From the human T2T-CHM13v2.0 reference genome, Homo sapiens, in NCBI RefSeq assembly GCF_009914755.1, contig NC_060938.1: 64,000 nucleotides of DNA. One strand, 5' to 3'. This document shows, in pieces, positions 29,413 through 45,540 of this stretch. Positions within the stretch are counted from its first letter, which is position 1. The number at the start of each line of letters is the position of its first letter. The notes under the pieces are model-generated. The model saw only the letters and a program-made list of their open reading frames with translations. It did not search any database and was not told the origin of the DNA. The translations under genes were made by a program, and so were the position numbers.

Positions 29413-30071
29413 CTTTGAGACTCAGTTTCTCGTCTGTCCCACAGGGACATAGTAGGGCTAGATTATCTCTAGCTTCTGATGTCTCATGGTGCCTTCCTTC
29501 TTGCCATGAAAGTAAGTATTGCTTATGCACATATACATCTTAGTAAATTTAGTTATATCTTTTCAGCTTGGGGCCCCAAGGTAGAAACTATTTTAATATG
29601 AAGACAGGAAACAAGAAATATGAAAAGGGATTGAAGAAGGCATTCCAAGGACAACTTCCAAACCCTCCTCTCTATTCCTTCCAGACCATAGATGCACATA
29701 ATTCTGGGCCACAGAGAGTCCTTTGGACAGAACAATACTTTACTGTTTCTTCTCTTCCTCTCCTTTTCTTTTTTGCTTGTAATTCACACACCCAGGTGGC
29801 TAGGCGCAGTGGATCACACCTGTAATCCCAGCACCTTGGGAGGCAGAGATGGGAGGGTTGCTTGAGGCCGGAAGTTCAGTCTGGGCAAGACTTGGTCTCT
29901 AAAAATAAATTACCTAGGTATGGTGGTGCATACCTGTAGTCCTAGCTATTCAGGAGGCTGAGGCAAAGAATCACTTGAGCCCCGGAGTTCAAGGCTGCAG
30001 TGAGCTATGATCACACCACAGTGCCCCAGCCTGGACAAGAGAGCAAGACCCTGTCTGGCTCAAGCAACAAC

Positions 30072-30309
30072 AAAGGAAGGAAGGAAGAAGGAAGGAAGGA
30101 AGGAAGGAAGGAAGGAAGGAAGGAAGGAAGGAAGGAAGGAAGGAAGGAAGGATGGAAGGGAGGGAGGGAGGGAGGGAGGGAGGAAGGAAGGGGAAAAAGA
30201 GAGAGGAAGGGAGGGAGGGAGGGAGGAAAGAGAGAAAAAGGCAGGCAGGCAGGGCAAGAAAGAGACAAAGAGAAAGAAAGAAAGAGAGAAAGAAAGAAGA
30301 AAAAAGAAA
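30072..30309 (+). repeat. Polypurine tract grown from an Alu tail, including (GGAA)15 at 30090-30149
   Basis: Directly visible GGAA, GGGA and GAAA arrays. Confidence 0.97.
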
Positions 30310-31812
30310 CACACACACCCATCTCCCACTCTTTATAGTGTCATGATGTCATTTAACATAAGTGCAAGGAAAAGTTCAAGGCGTTTAATTCTAGCTTTTA
30401 CAAAACCCAGAAGCATCTTGAGTTAAGTACTATTATCTTCATTTCCTAACTTTTGGCATTCGCTGACTCATTATTTCATATGTGGCTTGGGTGAGAAAAG
30501 CATCTGGGTGGCAACCTCCTCCCCCAGCTACTTCTCTGGCCAATGGGGACTGTTCTGAACTTCCCATACACTTTCTCGCAGCTTCTGCCTGAGGCTGAAA
30601 CCCTTTCTGGGGTGTTTTCCCAACTGTCATCAGGATGGGATGCAGAACCAGGTGCCATGCTCTGTCCAAACCCTGCCTGGCTCCGGCCTTCTCCTGCAGT
30701 CTCACTTCTCACCGCTCACTCTCCTGATATTTACCCAGACCCACCGTGTGGCTTCTCATTGCGGTGCTCATCAGGCCATCCTTCTGCTTGAACTGTCCTT
30801 TCTACCCATCCTCCCACAGCTAACTCTGCTCATGCTTTTAGACTCAGCATAAACATCCTCTCCCCCAGGAAGCCTTCCCTGATCCAAACCCCCGAGTTGA
30901 GCTAAATGTCCCTGCTTGGGTCTCCCACAACACTTATGCTCACCCCGTCTTATCATAACCAACATTGCAGTTGAAGTGTGTGAAGCACACATTTAACTAA
31001 TGGAATTCCACTAACTCCTCTTGGCCAGAAGGAGAAAGAGAATAACTTTATTTATTTATTTACTTATTTATTTATTTCTGAGGCATGTTCTTGCTCTGTC
31101 TCCCAGGCAGGAGTGCAGTGGGCATCATCCTTCTGCCTTTTTTTTTTTTTTAAGTTTTTGTAGAGACAAGGTCTCACTCTGTTGCCCAGGCTGGTCTCCA
31201 ACTCCTGGGCTCAAGTGACCCTCCCACCTCAGGCCCCCAAGTAGCTGGGATTACAGATGTGCATGCCGTCTCCCTATTCACATTTTATTTTACTTTATTT
31301 TGTTTTTTGAGACGCAGTCTTGCTCTGTTGCTCAGGCTGGAGTGCAGTGGGCTGATCTTCGCTCACTTCAACTCTGCCTCCCAGGTTCAAGAGATTCTCT
31401 CACCTCAGCCTCCTTAGTAGCTGGGACTACAGGCACACACCACCGTGCTTGGTTAATTTTTTGTATTTTAGCAGAGATGGGGTTTCACCATGTTGGCCAG
31501 GCTGGTCTGAAACTCCTGAGCTCAGGCAATCCGCCCACCTCGGCCTCCCAAAGTGTTAGGATTACAGGCGTGAACCACCGCGCCCGGCCCCTATTCACAT
31601 TTTAAATAGAACCACTCTTGGCCCCCTGACCACTCCTCTCTGAGGGTTAGATGGGAGCCCTGAGTGTTACCTTAGTCCTCAGGTGTTTTAACATTGGGAG
31701 CCTCTGGCCTCTCTGGGAGTGAATCTGGCGTTTAAAGATACATATATTTGGCCGAGCGCAGTGGCTCACGCCTGTAATCCCAGCACTTTGGGAGGCCGAG
31801 ACGGGCAGATCA

Positions 31813-32158
<346 letters not shown>

Positions 32159-33299
32159 CTACAAGGGCTTACCTATTATCCAAGCTTTGGGAGCTAGGTT
32201 AGAATCCCAGCTCTGTCGCTAACCAACCTGTGTACTTTAGCCAAGTCACTGTACCTGTCTAGACTTCGGATCGCATGTGTGTCTGCCCATCTCATAGGGT
32301 TACCCTGAGGCTAAATGAGGTAACAAATGTCATGAACCCACAAGGTAGACTCGACTCTCGGTAACAGTTCGTGTCACCCCCATCTCACACTACTCTCCCT
32401 CTTCGGACCCTGCACCCATGGATTCCATCCACCGCTGGCCAGGAGCTGAGTAGAGGCACCGAGCACGTGAAGAGGTGAATGGGCAAGGAAGGCTTCCAGG
32501 TCAGGTAGCATTTCCAGTGTTCCAGCCTGCAGGCATCTACCGAGCCTGGCCCGAGGCTGGCACCCAGAGATGCTTCCAGTCTTCCAGCAGCAACGCACTG
32601 ACTGTAAGAAAAGCCTGCTTATAAACCCCCTACAGGCATTTGGAAGCTGGTCCCTGGGGTCCTCTACAGATTCATTTCGCCCCCAACCCCATCCCCTTTG
32701 TGCCACCCTCGTTATTGCACTCTTCCATCCGGATGGCATTTAGCTGGGTCCGGGTCTGTCACCCGTCTGACCACCAGCTCCTTGAGGGCAAGAGGCGCCT
32801 GCTGCCCTCAGGGTCCGCGCCCAGCCCGCAGCTGCTCAGATCCGGAGACGGGAAGGTTTGTTGGCGAGAACCTGACTCCCGGGTCACAGTTAAGGATGCA
32901 AGAGCCCGGCGCCTTCCCGTAGCCCCGGCCCTGTCATTAATTAATGCTGGGGCTCCATTCGGTGCAGCGCAGTCCCAGGGATGCAACCGCAACTTTTGCG
33001 CACAATAGGCTCTCGATCTGTAATCCAGCCAACCCAGGCCTGTAGTGTGTAAATGCCAACTCAGCGGGAGGGCTCTGGCTGTCGCCCAGAGCCGTTTCTC
33101 GGCTCTTTCGCGGTTGCCGGCGCGCTCGGGACAGGAGGAACCCGCAGCCCGCGGGAGTCAGCGGAGACCCGACCAGCACTATCCAGCCCTCTGCACCGCC
33201 CCCGCGGCGAGGTCTGGACCAAGTCGCCCCTAGCAACAACAGCCGGGCCGGCTTTCTCAGGCCATGCTGATTGGCGGGACTCCGGGTGGCGGCCTGTCG

Positions 33300-33964
33300 T
33301 CACTTCCGGCAGCCGGAGGCAGCAGAGGAAGCCGAGGGGCGGCCATCTTGGCTCCGTGAGGCTCTGAGGTGCCGGGGTGCGGCGGCGGCAGCGGCGGCCA
33401 GCAGGGCGGAGGCTGAGGCAGCAAGCTCGCTAGAGAGGGAGAAGCAGTCGGGCGCAGGCGCCTCCTCCGCAGCCCGCTCCATGGTCGGCGCCCACAGCCC
33501 GCGGCGGCCTGTCTTGCGCTCCACTTCCTTCACATCCTCCTCCGCCTCCTCGTTTTCAGGCGCCGCCGGCGGCGCTGTGTGGAGGCCCGCGAGCTGAAAT
33601 TCGCGGTGCGACGGGAGGGAGTGGAGAAGGAGGTGAGGGGGCCCAGGATCGCGGGGCGCCCTGAGGCAAGGGGACGCCGGCGGGCCGAAGCGCAGCCCGC
33701 CGCCCGCAGGCTCGGCTCCGCCACTGCCGCCCTCCCGGTCTCCTCGCCTCGGCCGCCGAGGCAGGGAGAGAATGAGCCCCGGGACCCGCCGGGGGACGGC
33801 CCGGGCCAGGCCCGGGATCTAGACGGCCGTAGGGGGAAGGGAGCCGCCCTCCCCACGGCGCCTTTTCGGAACTGCCGTGGACTCGAGGACGCTGGTCGCC
33901 GGCCTCCTAGGGCTGTGCTGTTTTGTTTTGACCCTCGCATTGTGCAGAATTAAAGTGCAGTAAA
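33300..33964 (+). other. MARK3: MARK3 5'UTR part of exon 1 (TSS approximate)
   Basis: GC-rich stretch between the core-promoter motif cluster and the ATG. The TSS is inferred from ETS/YY1 motif positions and is not directly visible. Confidence 0.7.
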
Positions 33965-34015
33965 ATGTCCACTAGGACCCCATTGCCAACGGTGAATGAA
34001 CGAGACACTGAAAAC
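33965..34015 (+). CDS. MARK3: MARK3 coding exon 1 (MSTRTPLPTVNERDTEN)
   Basis: ATG at 33965 (A at -3), 17 codons matching the MARK3 N-terminus, then donor AAC|gtaagt at 34016 (phase 0); lies inside the CpG island. Confidence 0.97.
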
Positions 34016-35402
34016 GTAAGTAACCTGGGCGTTGTAGTTGGCGGACCTTCGGGGTGGCATTCGTGCTCCTCGGGCAGTGCCTTGCAGTCGGGTGTTCCCC
34101 CCAGCCGAACGCTCTGGAAATAGAGGGCAGGCCGTAGTCACCCAGGAGGCAGCCAGGTCGGACCGTTTCCTCCAGAAGTCTGCCGTGTCCCGCTGTTCGC
34201 GGGCGGGTCTGCGAAGTACATCGATTATGCCGGCAGTCTAGTCGGTTAATAAAGCCCAGGAGTTGCAGCGTTACGGATCGGTGCTTTGAGAGGCCAGGTT
34301 GCCGCGCAATGGATTGTGCAAACGTGTGTGTCAGATCACTGCAGTGGTCAGTGCTTATTTTAGCCGAACTCTGCTTTTAACTTGGTCAGGCAGTTCTTGA
34401 GAGACTGTCACATTAATAACATATGTTACCGGTGCTGATTAAGAGTAATCGATTGGGTCAAGTGGGCGGTCTCGTTCTTTAAGATGGTCTGGAACTAAAT
34501 TTAATCACAGTCACTAAGTGTCCACTGAGGGATCTTTGCGGTCCCCTTAGGAATTCCAAAACACTAGCGCGCAGCCTTTATTAAGGCAGTTTCCTTTCCA
34601 TACAAATCTTTTTTGAAGGAGTTGGTTAAACATTTTGAAAAGCAGATGTATAGTGAAGCTCTGCTCTGCCACTCACTGCCTAGCTGAGGGACACCCGCTG
34701 GGGGCTTCGCTGTCCTCCTTCCTAAAAAGAGATTGGCTTAGATGAGCTCTTAGGTCCCTTTCAGCGCTCACAGGCTATGGTTTTATAAAAGGAACCTTTG
34801 ATTTTGTTCATGTGAAACTACAAAATGCCAGGAACAGCATTGCTAGAGAATGAGAACTTGTAGTAGAAATTCCATTGAAGAAACGTTTGACTCTGTTCGT
34901 TTTCTAACTCTGTTCTCCTCTAACACTGGGTTCAAAAGTGTTTCAATCTAGTTGTTGACTATATGCTGTAAAACATCTAGTAAATAATTTGTAAAGAAAC
35001 TTCACTGGCCTTTCATTAAAAGTGTTATGAGGTAATTGCTGGCACGAAATGTCTTCTCTTAGGGAATGCTTCCTTGCTTTGAGTGTTTTCATGCTTTCAG
35101 TAATGTCCTGAGATGTTGTGGCCTAGTGGAGTTAATGCTTTCATTTTGATCTTCAAAAATGCCGCTTGTTTGCTGGATAGCTGTTTGATAATTTAATCCG
35201 TAAACGTAAACCATAGCCTAAAGCATCCCTGTAGCATATTAGTATACAATATTTAATGCTCTGTGGCCCTGAGTAAGTAGAACAGTGATGTACCTTTCTC
35301 CACCTGAGATAGATTAGAAAATTATATAAAGAGTGAGTAATAGAAACTCTTAGACTAGGTGAGTCAGGGAACTAATTTCCTTATAGTCCTTTTAAAGAAA
35401 CC

Positions 35403-38190
<2,788 letters not shown>

Positions 38191-38419
38191 TCACTGTTGC
38201 TGCATCGTGTTATAGCTCAAAAGAACTACTCAATCTGATCCAGTGAGGTTGCTGAGACTCAGAGAGGTGACAAAGGCTGCTAGTAATGACAGAAGACCAC
38301 TAACTATTTAGTAGCAAAGCCTCTACTGGGCCCCAGATCTCTAGCTTAGGCTCCACAAGGAGATGTAGTTGTACCTGTACATAGAGTATTTCTAAAACTT
38401 TTTTTTTAAGCTTGTAGAT

Positions 38420-38637
38420 CAGGGGTGTCCAATCTTTTGGCTTCCCCGGGCCACATTGGAAGAATTGTCTTGGGCCACAGATAAAATACACTAACACTAA
38501 CAATAGCTGATAAGCTTTAAAAAAACTGCAAAAAAAATCTCACAGTGTTTTAACAAAGTTTATGAATTTGTGTTGGGTCACTTTCAAAGCTGTGGTGGGC
38601 TGCATGCAGCCCTAGGGCTGTGGGTTGGACAAGCTTG
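38420..38637 (+). mobile_element. MER30 (hAT-Charlie)
   Basis: CAGGGGTGTCCAATCTTTTGGCTTCCC...GGGTTGGACAAGCTTG with 8-bp TSD TTGTAGAT / CTGTAGAT. Confidence 0.88.
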
Positions 38638-39003
38638 CTGTAGATTTTATTTTGATTTTGAGACAGTATCTCGCTCTGTCACCCAGGCTGGAGTGCAGTG
38701 GAGCAATCACAGCTTGCTGTAACCTTGACCTCTTGGGCTCAAGCAATCCTTCCGACTCAGCCTCCTGAGTAGCTGGGACTACAGGCGTGCCCCACCACAT
38801 GCATGGCTAATTTTTAATTTTTTCGTAGAGATGAGATCTCCCTGTATTGCCCAAGGTGGTCTCTAACTCCTGGGCTCAAGCAGGCCTCCTGTCCCAGCCT
38901 CCCAAAGCACTGGAATTACAGGTGTGAGCCACCACACTCAGTCAAAACTATTTTTTAAAATATTTTATTATAGGAAAATTTAAAAAAATAGAATGTTATT
39001 TAT

Positions 39004-39204
39004 CAATGCTTCTCAGCCACAGGGTGATTTTGCCCTCTAGTGGACATTTGACAATGTCTAAAGACATCTTTGGTTATCACAGCTGGAGAAAGGTTTGGCT
39101 GACCAGGAATGCTACTAAACATTTTACAGTACATAGGACAGCCTTCCACAGCAAAGAATTACCCGGCCTAAAATGTCAGTAGTGCCAGCGTTGAGAAACC
39201 CTGG
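39004..39204 (+). mobile_element. MER20 (hAT-Charlie)
   Basis: GGGTGATTTTGCCC...GGACATTTGACAATGTCT...AATGTCAGTAGTGCC..GTTGAGAAACCCTG. Confidence 0.85.
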
Positions 39205-39607
39205 TATGTACTTAGCCCCCCATGTACTCAACAGCGCAGCTCAGTGGCCAATCTTATTTCATTTATAAATGAAGAAGCAAATGCAGTATCATTTCCTCTC
39301 TAAAGCTTTTAGAAGAGATAAAGCCTGTTTTAAGAAAAAAGCAATACTTTTATCATATTTTCTTAATATCAAATATGCAGTATTTAAATTTTCTCACATT
39401 TCTAATTTTTAAACTGTTCAAATTAGAATCCAGCTTGAATTCATACATTATAGTTGGCTGATATGTCAAATATGCTTTTTTTTTTTTTTTAATTGAGATG
39501 GAGTCTTGCTCTGTCGCCCAGGTTGGAGTGCAGTGGTGCAATCTCGGCTCACTGCCAACCTCTGCCGCCCGGGTTCAAGCGATTGTCGTGCGCAGCCTCC
39601 CGAGTAG

Positions 39608-39802
<195 letters not shown>

Positions 39803-40269
39803 TAAAGGCAACCAAACAGTTTGCATTTCAGTTTATGTTCTATAGTTATATGGAGCCACGGATACATCCTTTTTCTATACTGGCAAAATGAGAAACATAT
39901 TTTTCACCTGAATTTCAAAGGATATGACACTTCGTAAGCCTGGTAATGTTATTGGCCAAAGTACCAGAGGCCCAGGGCTTTCCCAGTTATTTAACAGTTA
40001 CTGATATGTGTGCATCATGTACTTATTATTAGTTAATGCAAATAGTCCCCCAAATTTCTGACCTCTGTGAAACTGATGATGCTGTTGTCTAGTCAGTCAT
40101 CGGTTATGTGAGACTGAATTAACCTATTCAGCAAGTGTGAATGCCTACCGTGTGTATGATACTGTGCTAGGTGCTGTAGAGGCCATATACCTGGGACACA
40201 TAGCTTTCCTGCTCTTTAGGATTTCCTGCTCCTTGCAGGACAAAGCAGCCTGAGCTTTATGAAACTAAT

Positions 40270-40437
40270 CTGTAACTCTCAAACTTAAGCAAACATTAGA
40301 ATCACCTGAAGGGCTTTAGAACCGTGATCACTGGGCCCTACCCCTAGACCTTGATTTTACCCGTAGAATTGGAATTTCTAACAAGTTGCCAGGTGATGTT
40401 GATGCTCCAGGTCCGGGGACCACTCTTAAGAATCACT
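40270..40437. mobile_element. MER5A-like hAT element
   Basis: CATTAGAATCACCTG...TTTCTAACAAGTTGCCAGGTGATGTTGATGCT...GGGACCAC. Confidence 0.78.
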
Positions 40438-41832
40438 ATAGCAGGAATTTCTGATGTTTATTTATTAAGAAAAAAAAATCACTGCCTTAGTGTGCAGTGA
40501 AGGCTTGCTAACTAAACTATACTCCTTTTAGATTGTACTGTGACTATCAAAGGAAGATTTCCAGACCATTTAATTGAGTTTTCAGGTTCCATGAGTTTAA
40601 AAAAAACTGTTTATTAAAAATTGTGGTTCTGGAAAATAACAATAGTTGCCATTTGGTGATCACTTAACTGTATACCAGCCAGCAATACTTTGTAGAGTAT
40701 CTCATTTAAAATATGTAATATGGTTTTATTTAATTAGCTTTTTTTTTTTTAAAATTTCCTGAGGCGGAGTCTCACACTGTTACCTGGGCTGGAGTGCAGT
40801 GGCACGATCTCGCTCGCTGCAACCTCCGCCTCCCGGGTTCAAGCGATTCTCCTGCCTCAGCCTCCCAGGTAGCTAGGATTACAGGCAGCCGCCACCACAC
40901 CCAGCTAATTTTTAAATTTTATTTTATTTTTTGAGACAGAGTTTCACTCTTGTTGCCCGGGCTGGAGTGCAGTGGCATGATCTTGGCTCACTGCAACCTC
41001 CGCCTCCTGGCTTCAAGCAATTCTGCCTCAGCCTCCCGAGTAGCTGGGATTACAGGTGCCTGTTACCATGCCCAGCTGATTTTTTTGTATTTTCGGTAGA
41101 GACTGGGTTTCACCATGTTGGCAGGCTGATCTGGAACTCCTGACCTCATGATCCTCCCACTTCCCTCCTCGGCCTCCCAAAGTGCTGGAATTACAGGCGT
41201 GAGCCACTGTGCCCCGGCTTAATCAGCTTGTCAACTTCTAAGCACAACCTGTTGAATCAAGCTGTTTGGGCCTTATCAGAAAAAAGTTGGCCTATAGTTT
41301 CAGCTACTCAGGAGGCTAAGGCCAGAGGATCACTTGAGGCCAGGAGTTCCAGTCGACCTGGACAACATGGTGAAACTATGTATCTTAAGAAAGAAAAAAA
41401 AAAGTTGATCTCTGAAGAATTCATGAAAATATTTAGTCAGTTTTCAGGGAAAGATCTTATAGACTTCAATTTGAGCATCCTTATCTTATGTATGTAAATG
41501 AGGTAAAGGTTGAAATTTGCAGTAAATAGAATTTTGGTCATTTAAGTTATGTAGCTTATGATATATACATTGTATAACTATTTAGACTTACATGGTGCAT
41601 GATTTACATTGTAATTACATAGAGGCTTATACAGTCTAATAAAAATTAATATTAACTATTTGATTGCAAAGAGGATTGTTCTGCATTTTATTACTTTTTT
41701 TTTTTTTTTTGAGACAGAGTTTCACTCTTGTTGCCAGGCTGGAGTGCAATCTCGTGACCTTGGCTCACTGCAACCTCCGCCTGCCAGCCTAAGTAGCTGG
41801 GGTTACAGGCACACACCACCATGCCCAGCTAA

Positions 41833-41988
<156 letters not shown>

Positions 41989-42737
41989 TAGCCAAATTTT
42001 ATGCCTGGAATTTTTTCCTGGGCTGGAACAAATTCCTAGTAAGAGTCAGGGAATATTCCGTGACTTGTGGCTTTGGTTAAAAAAGAAAAAGGAGTCAGGG
42101 AATGCAGTACCCTCTGATCACCACTGGGAGGACTAAAGCAGAAAATTCATTTGTCTCATATCCATTTTCAAATTTCAAATTAAACATGAAGGAGAAAATA
42201 AATCTCTTACCTGGGAAGCTTTAATGTCCTGTCTCACACAAGAAGTTAAAGGTTGTGCTTGGAGTTGGTCTGCAAAAGTAATAAGGAATTTGTACTCACC
42301 CGTCTGCACCTGCTTGTACAGAACAATTGGAAGGGCAGAAGTTGGCTTTGAAAGAAAAGGCCTTTTTTTGGAGGTGGGAGGGGCATCCAATTTTGTCTTC
42401 AGCCGAGAGTTCGCTAGCACTACACTCTAGCCACTCAAGCTGCTCAACTATGGTTGGTCTTGTGTACTTCTGTGTGCACTAGATAAGACATTGTTTCTGT
42501 GGGTTATGTGGGACCTTGAAGTTCAGTGTTGAAGCTCAAACAAAGCAGGTGTTTTTTCTGTATTTCTTGTTGACAGGCATTTGCTTTTTGTTGGACCTAA
42601 ATATTGTGGGGTTTGTGTATGGACATTTGACACAAAAATCTGTATTGGTAGAATTTAATATAAAATCAGAGAAGTTGAATTCACAGGTTTTGTTCATAGA
42701 ATTTTACATAACTCTAGTCTTTTTTCTTTTTTTGTGA

Positions 42738-43064
<327 letters not shown>

Positions 43065-44769
43065 TGAAAGTGGAAGACAAAAATGAGAGTCTAAGACTGA
43101 TCGAGATAAAGATTCTGAAGAGGTAGAATGGACCTCATAAGATGGAGCAAAAAAGAAGGAACAACATATAAAAGGAGAAATTAGAATTTAGAGTTATAGA
43201 CTGGAATTTGAAACTAGTCTTGAGATTTAACTGTGGACAAATTCACTCGGCTGTGCCTCATGGTTTTTTTTTTTTTAAATCAAAAGAGAATAACATCATT
43301 CAAGTTGTGTCTTGGTTTTTTTGTTTGTTTACTTAGATTTTTATGACTTCACTTTCTCAATTTCCTCTGTGGCCAGATTCATCAGGCATTCAGTCACTTT
43401 CATCTCTGTCAGGCTGGCCTTGTGTTCTGTCTGTCTGTTCTGCTGCATAGTTGTCATCCTGAGATCTCCCTTCACCCATATCCTAGGGATTCCCTTTGCC
43501 TTTCCTGTTCGATCCATTTTCTTCCCCTTGGTTCACTCCCAGGTTTCATTGCAGCAGTTCCTCCAGTGATTTTCTGAGAAAGTTGCTCAGAGGTAAATTT
43601 TTAAAATCCTTTCATATCTGCAAACATCTTTATTCTGTTCTCATACTTGATTGATATTTTGGCTGCATATAGAATTCTAGACTGAATGCCCTTTTTCCTC
43701 AGAATTTTGTTTTCTGTCTTATATAGCATCTGACACTCCAATTTGGAGAGAGAGAATGCTATTTTGAGTCTTGCTTATTTTTCTGTTTGTTTAAGGCTGA
43801 TTGGAAGTTTTGTGCATTTGGATGGATCTTGAATACAACAGTGGGACACACTGTTATTTCTTTGTGGTGCTCTTGATACCAATATATTTAGTCTTATCAC
43901 TTGGCCTAGGCAAGCACAGAATGCCCATGTTCCAGGGAGCTGAGTCGGGAGAGGGCAGAAGGAAAGATCTGTGGCTTTCTGCTTTCTCTGCTTGTTTTCA
44001 GTGTCCCTGCCCTCAGTTGTGCCCTGTGTCCCCAAGCCCAGAGACTTTCCATTTTGCCCTTTCTAAAGAACCTCCAGTTTTTTGCCTGAGTGGGAGAGGA
44101 GACCCAGGGGGTCTGTTATTTAACAGACTGATAGATCTTCTTGTTTCAGGCTTACTTCACTCACACTTCTAGAGGTACTTGTACTACCAGTTCCTGAACC
44201 TTTTGAGAGTTCTATAATACAAATCAGGATTTTCCAATATCTCCATAGCTGGCTTAGGATTAATCTTTCTTATATGTGTTAAGTCATTTTCCTTCTTTTT
44301 TTAGTTTCTGAAAGTATATCTGTTACCACTTTTATTTTCTTTGTCTTGTGGCTTTTTTCCTTATGCCTTATATTTTTTTCCTTTACTTTCATATTAATGG
44401 AGTTTGGAGAGGGAGGGGAAGTAAATGCAGCCATGATTTATAACCAGACTTGGATTAGGTGTTTACATATGTCAATACATGTCTTTAAAATTTAGCTAGT
44501 ACTTGTTATTATAAATAACAAACTAAGATTGATAGGCTTCTTGAAAAATTGGCGGTAAATTTGGCTAATGGTGGGTTGTTGTAGTAGAGTAGCGTTTCCC
44601 CTTTTCACCCAAGCTTTGTTACCTCTTCTTGGGTGGTGCCTGGCCTGAGATGTCCTTCATCTCTCATAAGAACTCTCCTACTTGCCCTTTGAGGACTCCA
44701 TCCCTTCACATCTTGGGGTACCTTTTTTCCTTCATCTCACCCAAATGTGATCATGTCCTTTGGGTGCCT

Positions 44770-45077
44770 AGAGCTGCATTATCCAGCACAGTAGCAACTA
44801 GCCACATGTGGGGCTACCAAGCACTTGAAACGTGGTTAGTTTGAATTTAGGTGTTCTGTAAGTATAAAAGATAAACCAGTTCAAAGACAGTATTTCAAAA
44901 ATAGGATATAAAGCCTTTTTATATTATGCATTGAAATATTGGGGGGTATATTGAGTTAAATAAAATGGTATTTAATTTAACGTATTAAATATGTTTCTTT
45001 TTACATTTTTTAATGGAGCTACTAGAAAATTGAAAATTACATATGTATGTCACATTATACACCTATTGGACAGCATT
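44770..45077. mobile_element. MER33/MER3-like hAT element
   Basis: GTAGCAACTAGCCACATGTGG...GCACTTGAAA...GCTACTAGAAAATT...CTATTGGACAGCA. Confidence 0.72.
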
Positions 45078-45231
45078 AGAGTATTCACTCTGATTTTCTC
45101 TTGGGGCAGGAATTGCCCCTTGTTTCAGTTGCTATTCCCCCGTTAGCACCCCGTGTATATCATGAGTGCCTTGAAGGTTTGACACCACACTTTTCTGTTT
45201 CTTTTATTCCCTGCTAATGCCTACCATATAG

Positions 45232-45540
<309 letters not shown>

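Larger units (their letters stand above)
32750..34330. promoter_or_regulatory. CpG island / TATA-less MARK3 promoter
   Basis: Sharp rise in GC and CpG density. Motifs: X-box 33223-33237, inverted CCAAT 33270-33274, TTGGCGGGA 33271-33279, CGTCACTTCCGG 33298-33309, GCGGCCATCTTG 33339-33350. Confidence 0.93.

Noticed and set aside
29989-30426. Charged GRKE-repeat and LPSF-repeat ORFs
   Set aside because: Translations of the GGAA tract; the same applies to the RE/SL-rich ORFs at 4794-5226.
32934-32945. Palindrome CATTAATTAATG at the CpG-island edge
   Set aside because: Possible homeodomain site, but a single short palindrome with no supporting context.
33579-33953. 124-aa ORF and other overlapping ORFs in the CpG island
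   Set aside because: Starts at GTG, with Arg/Pro/Gly/Ala-rich composition expected from stop-poor GC-rich DNA; no recognisable homology.
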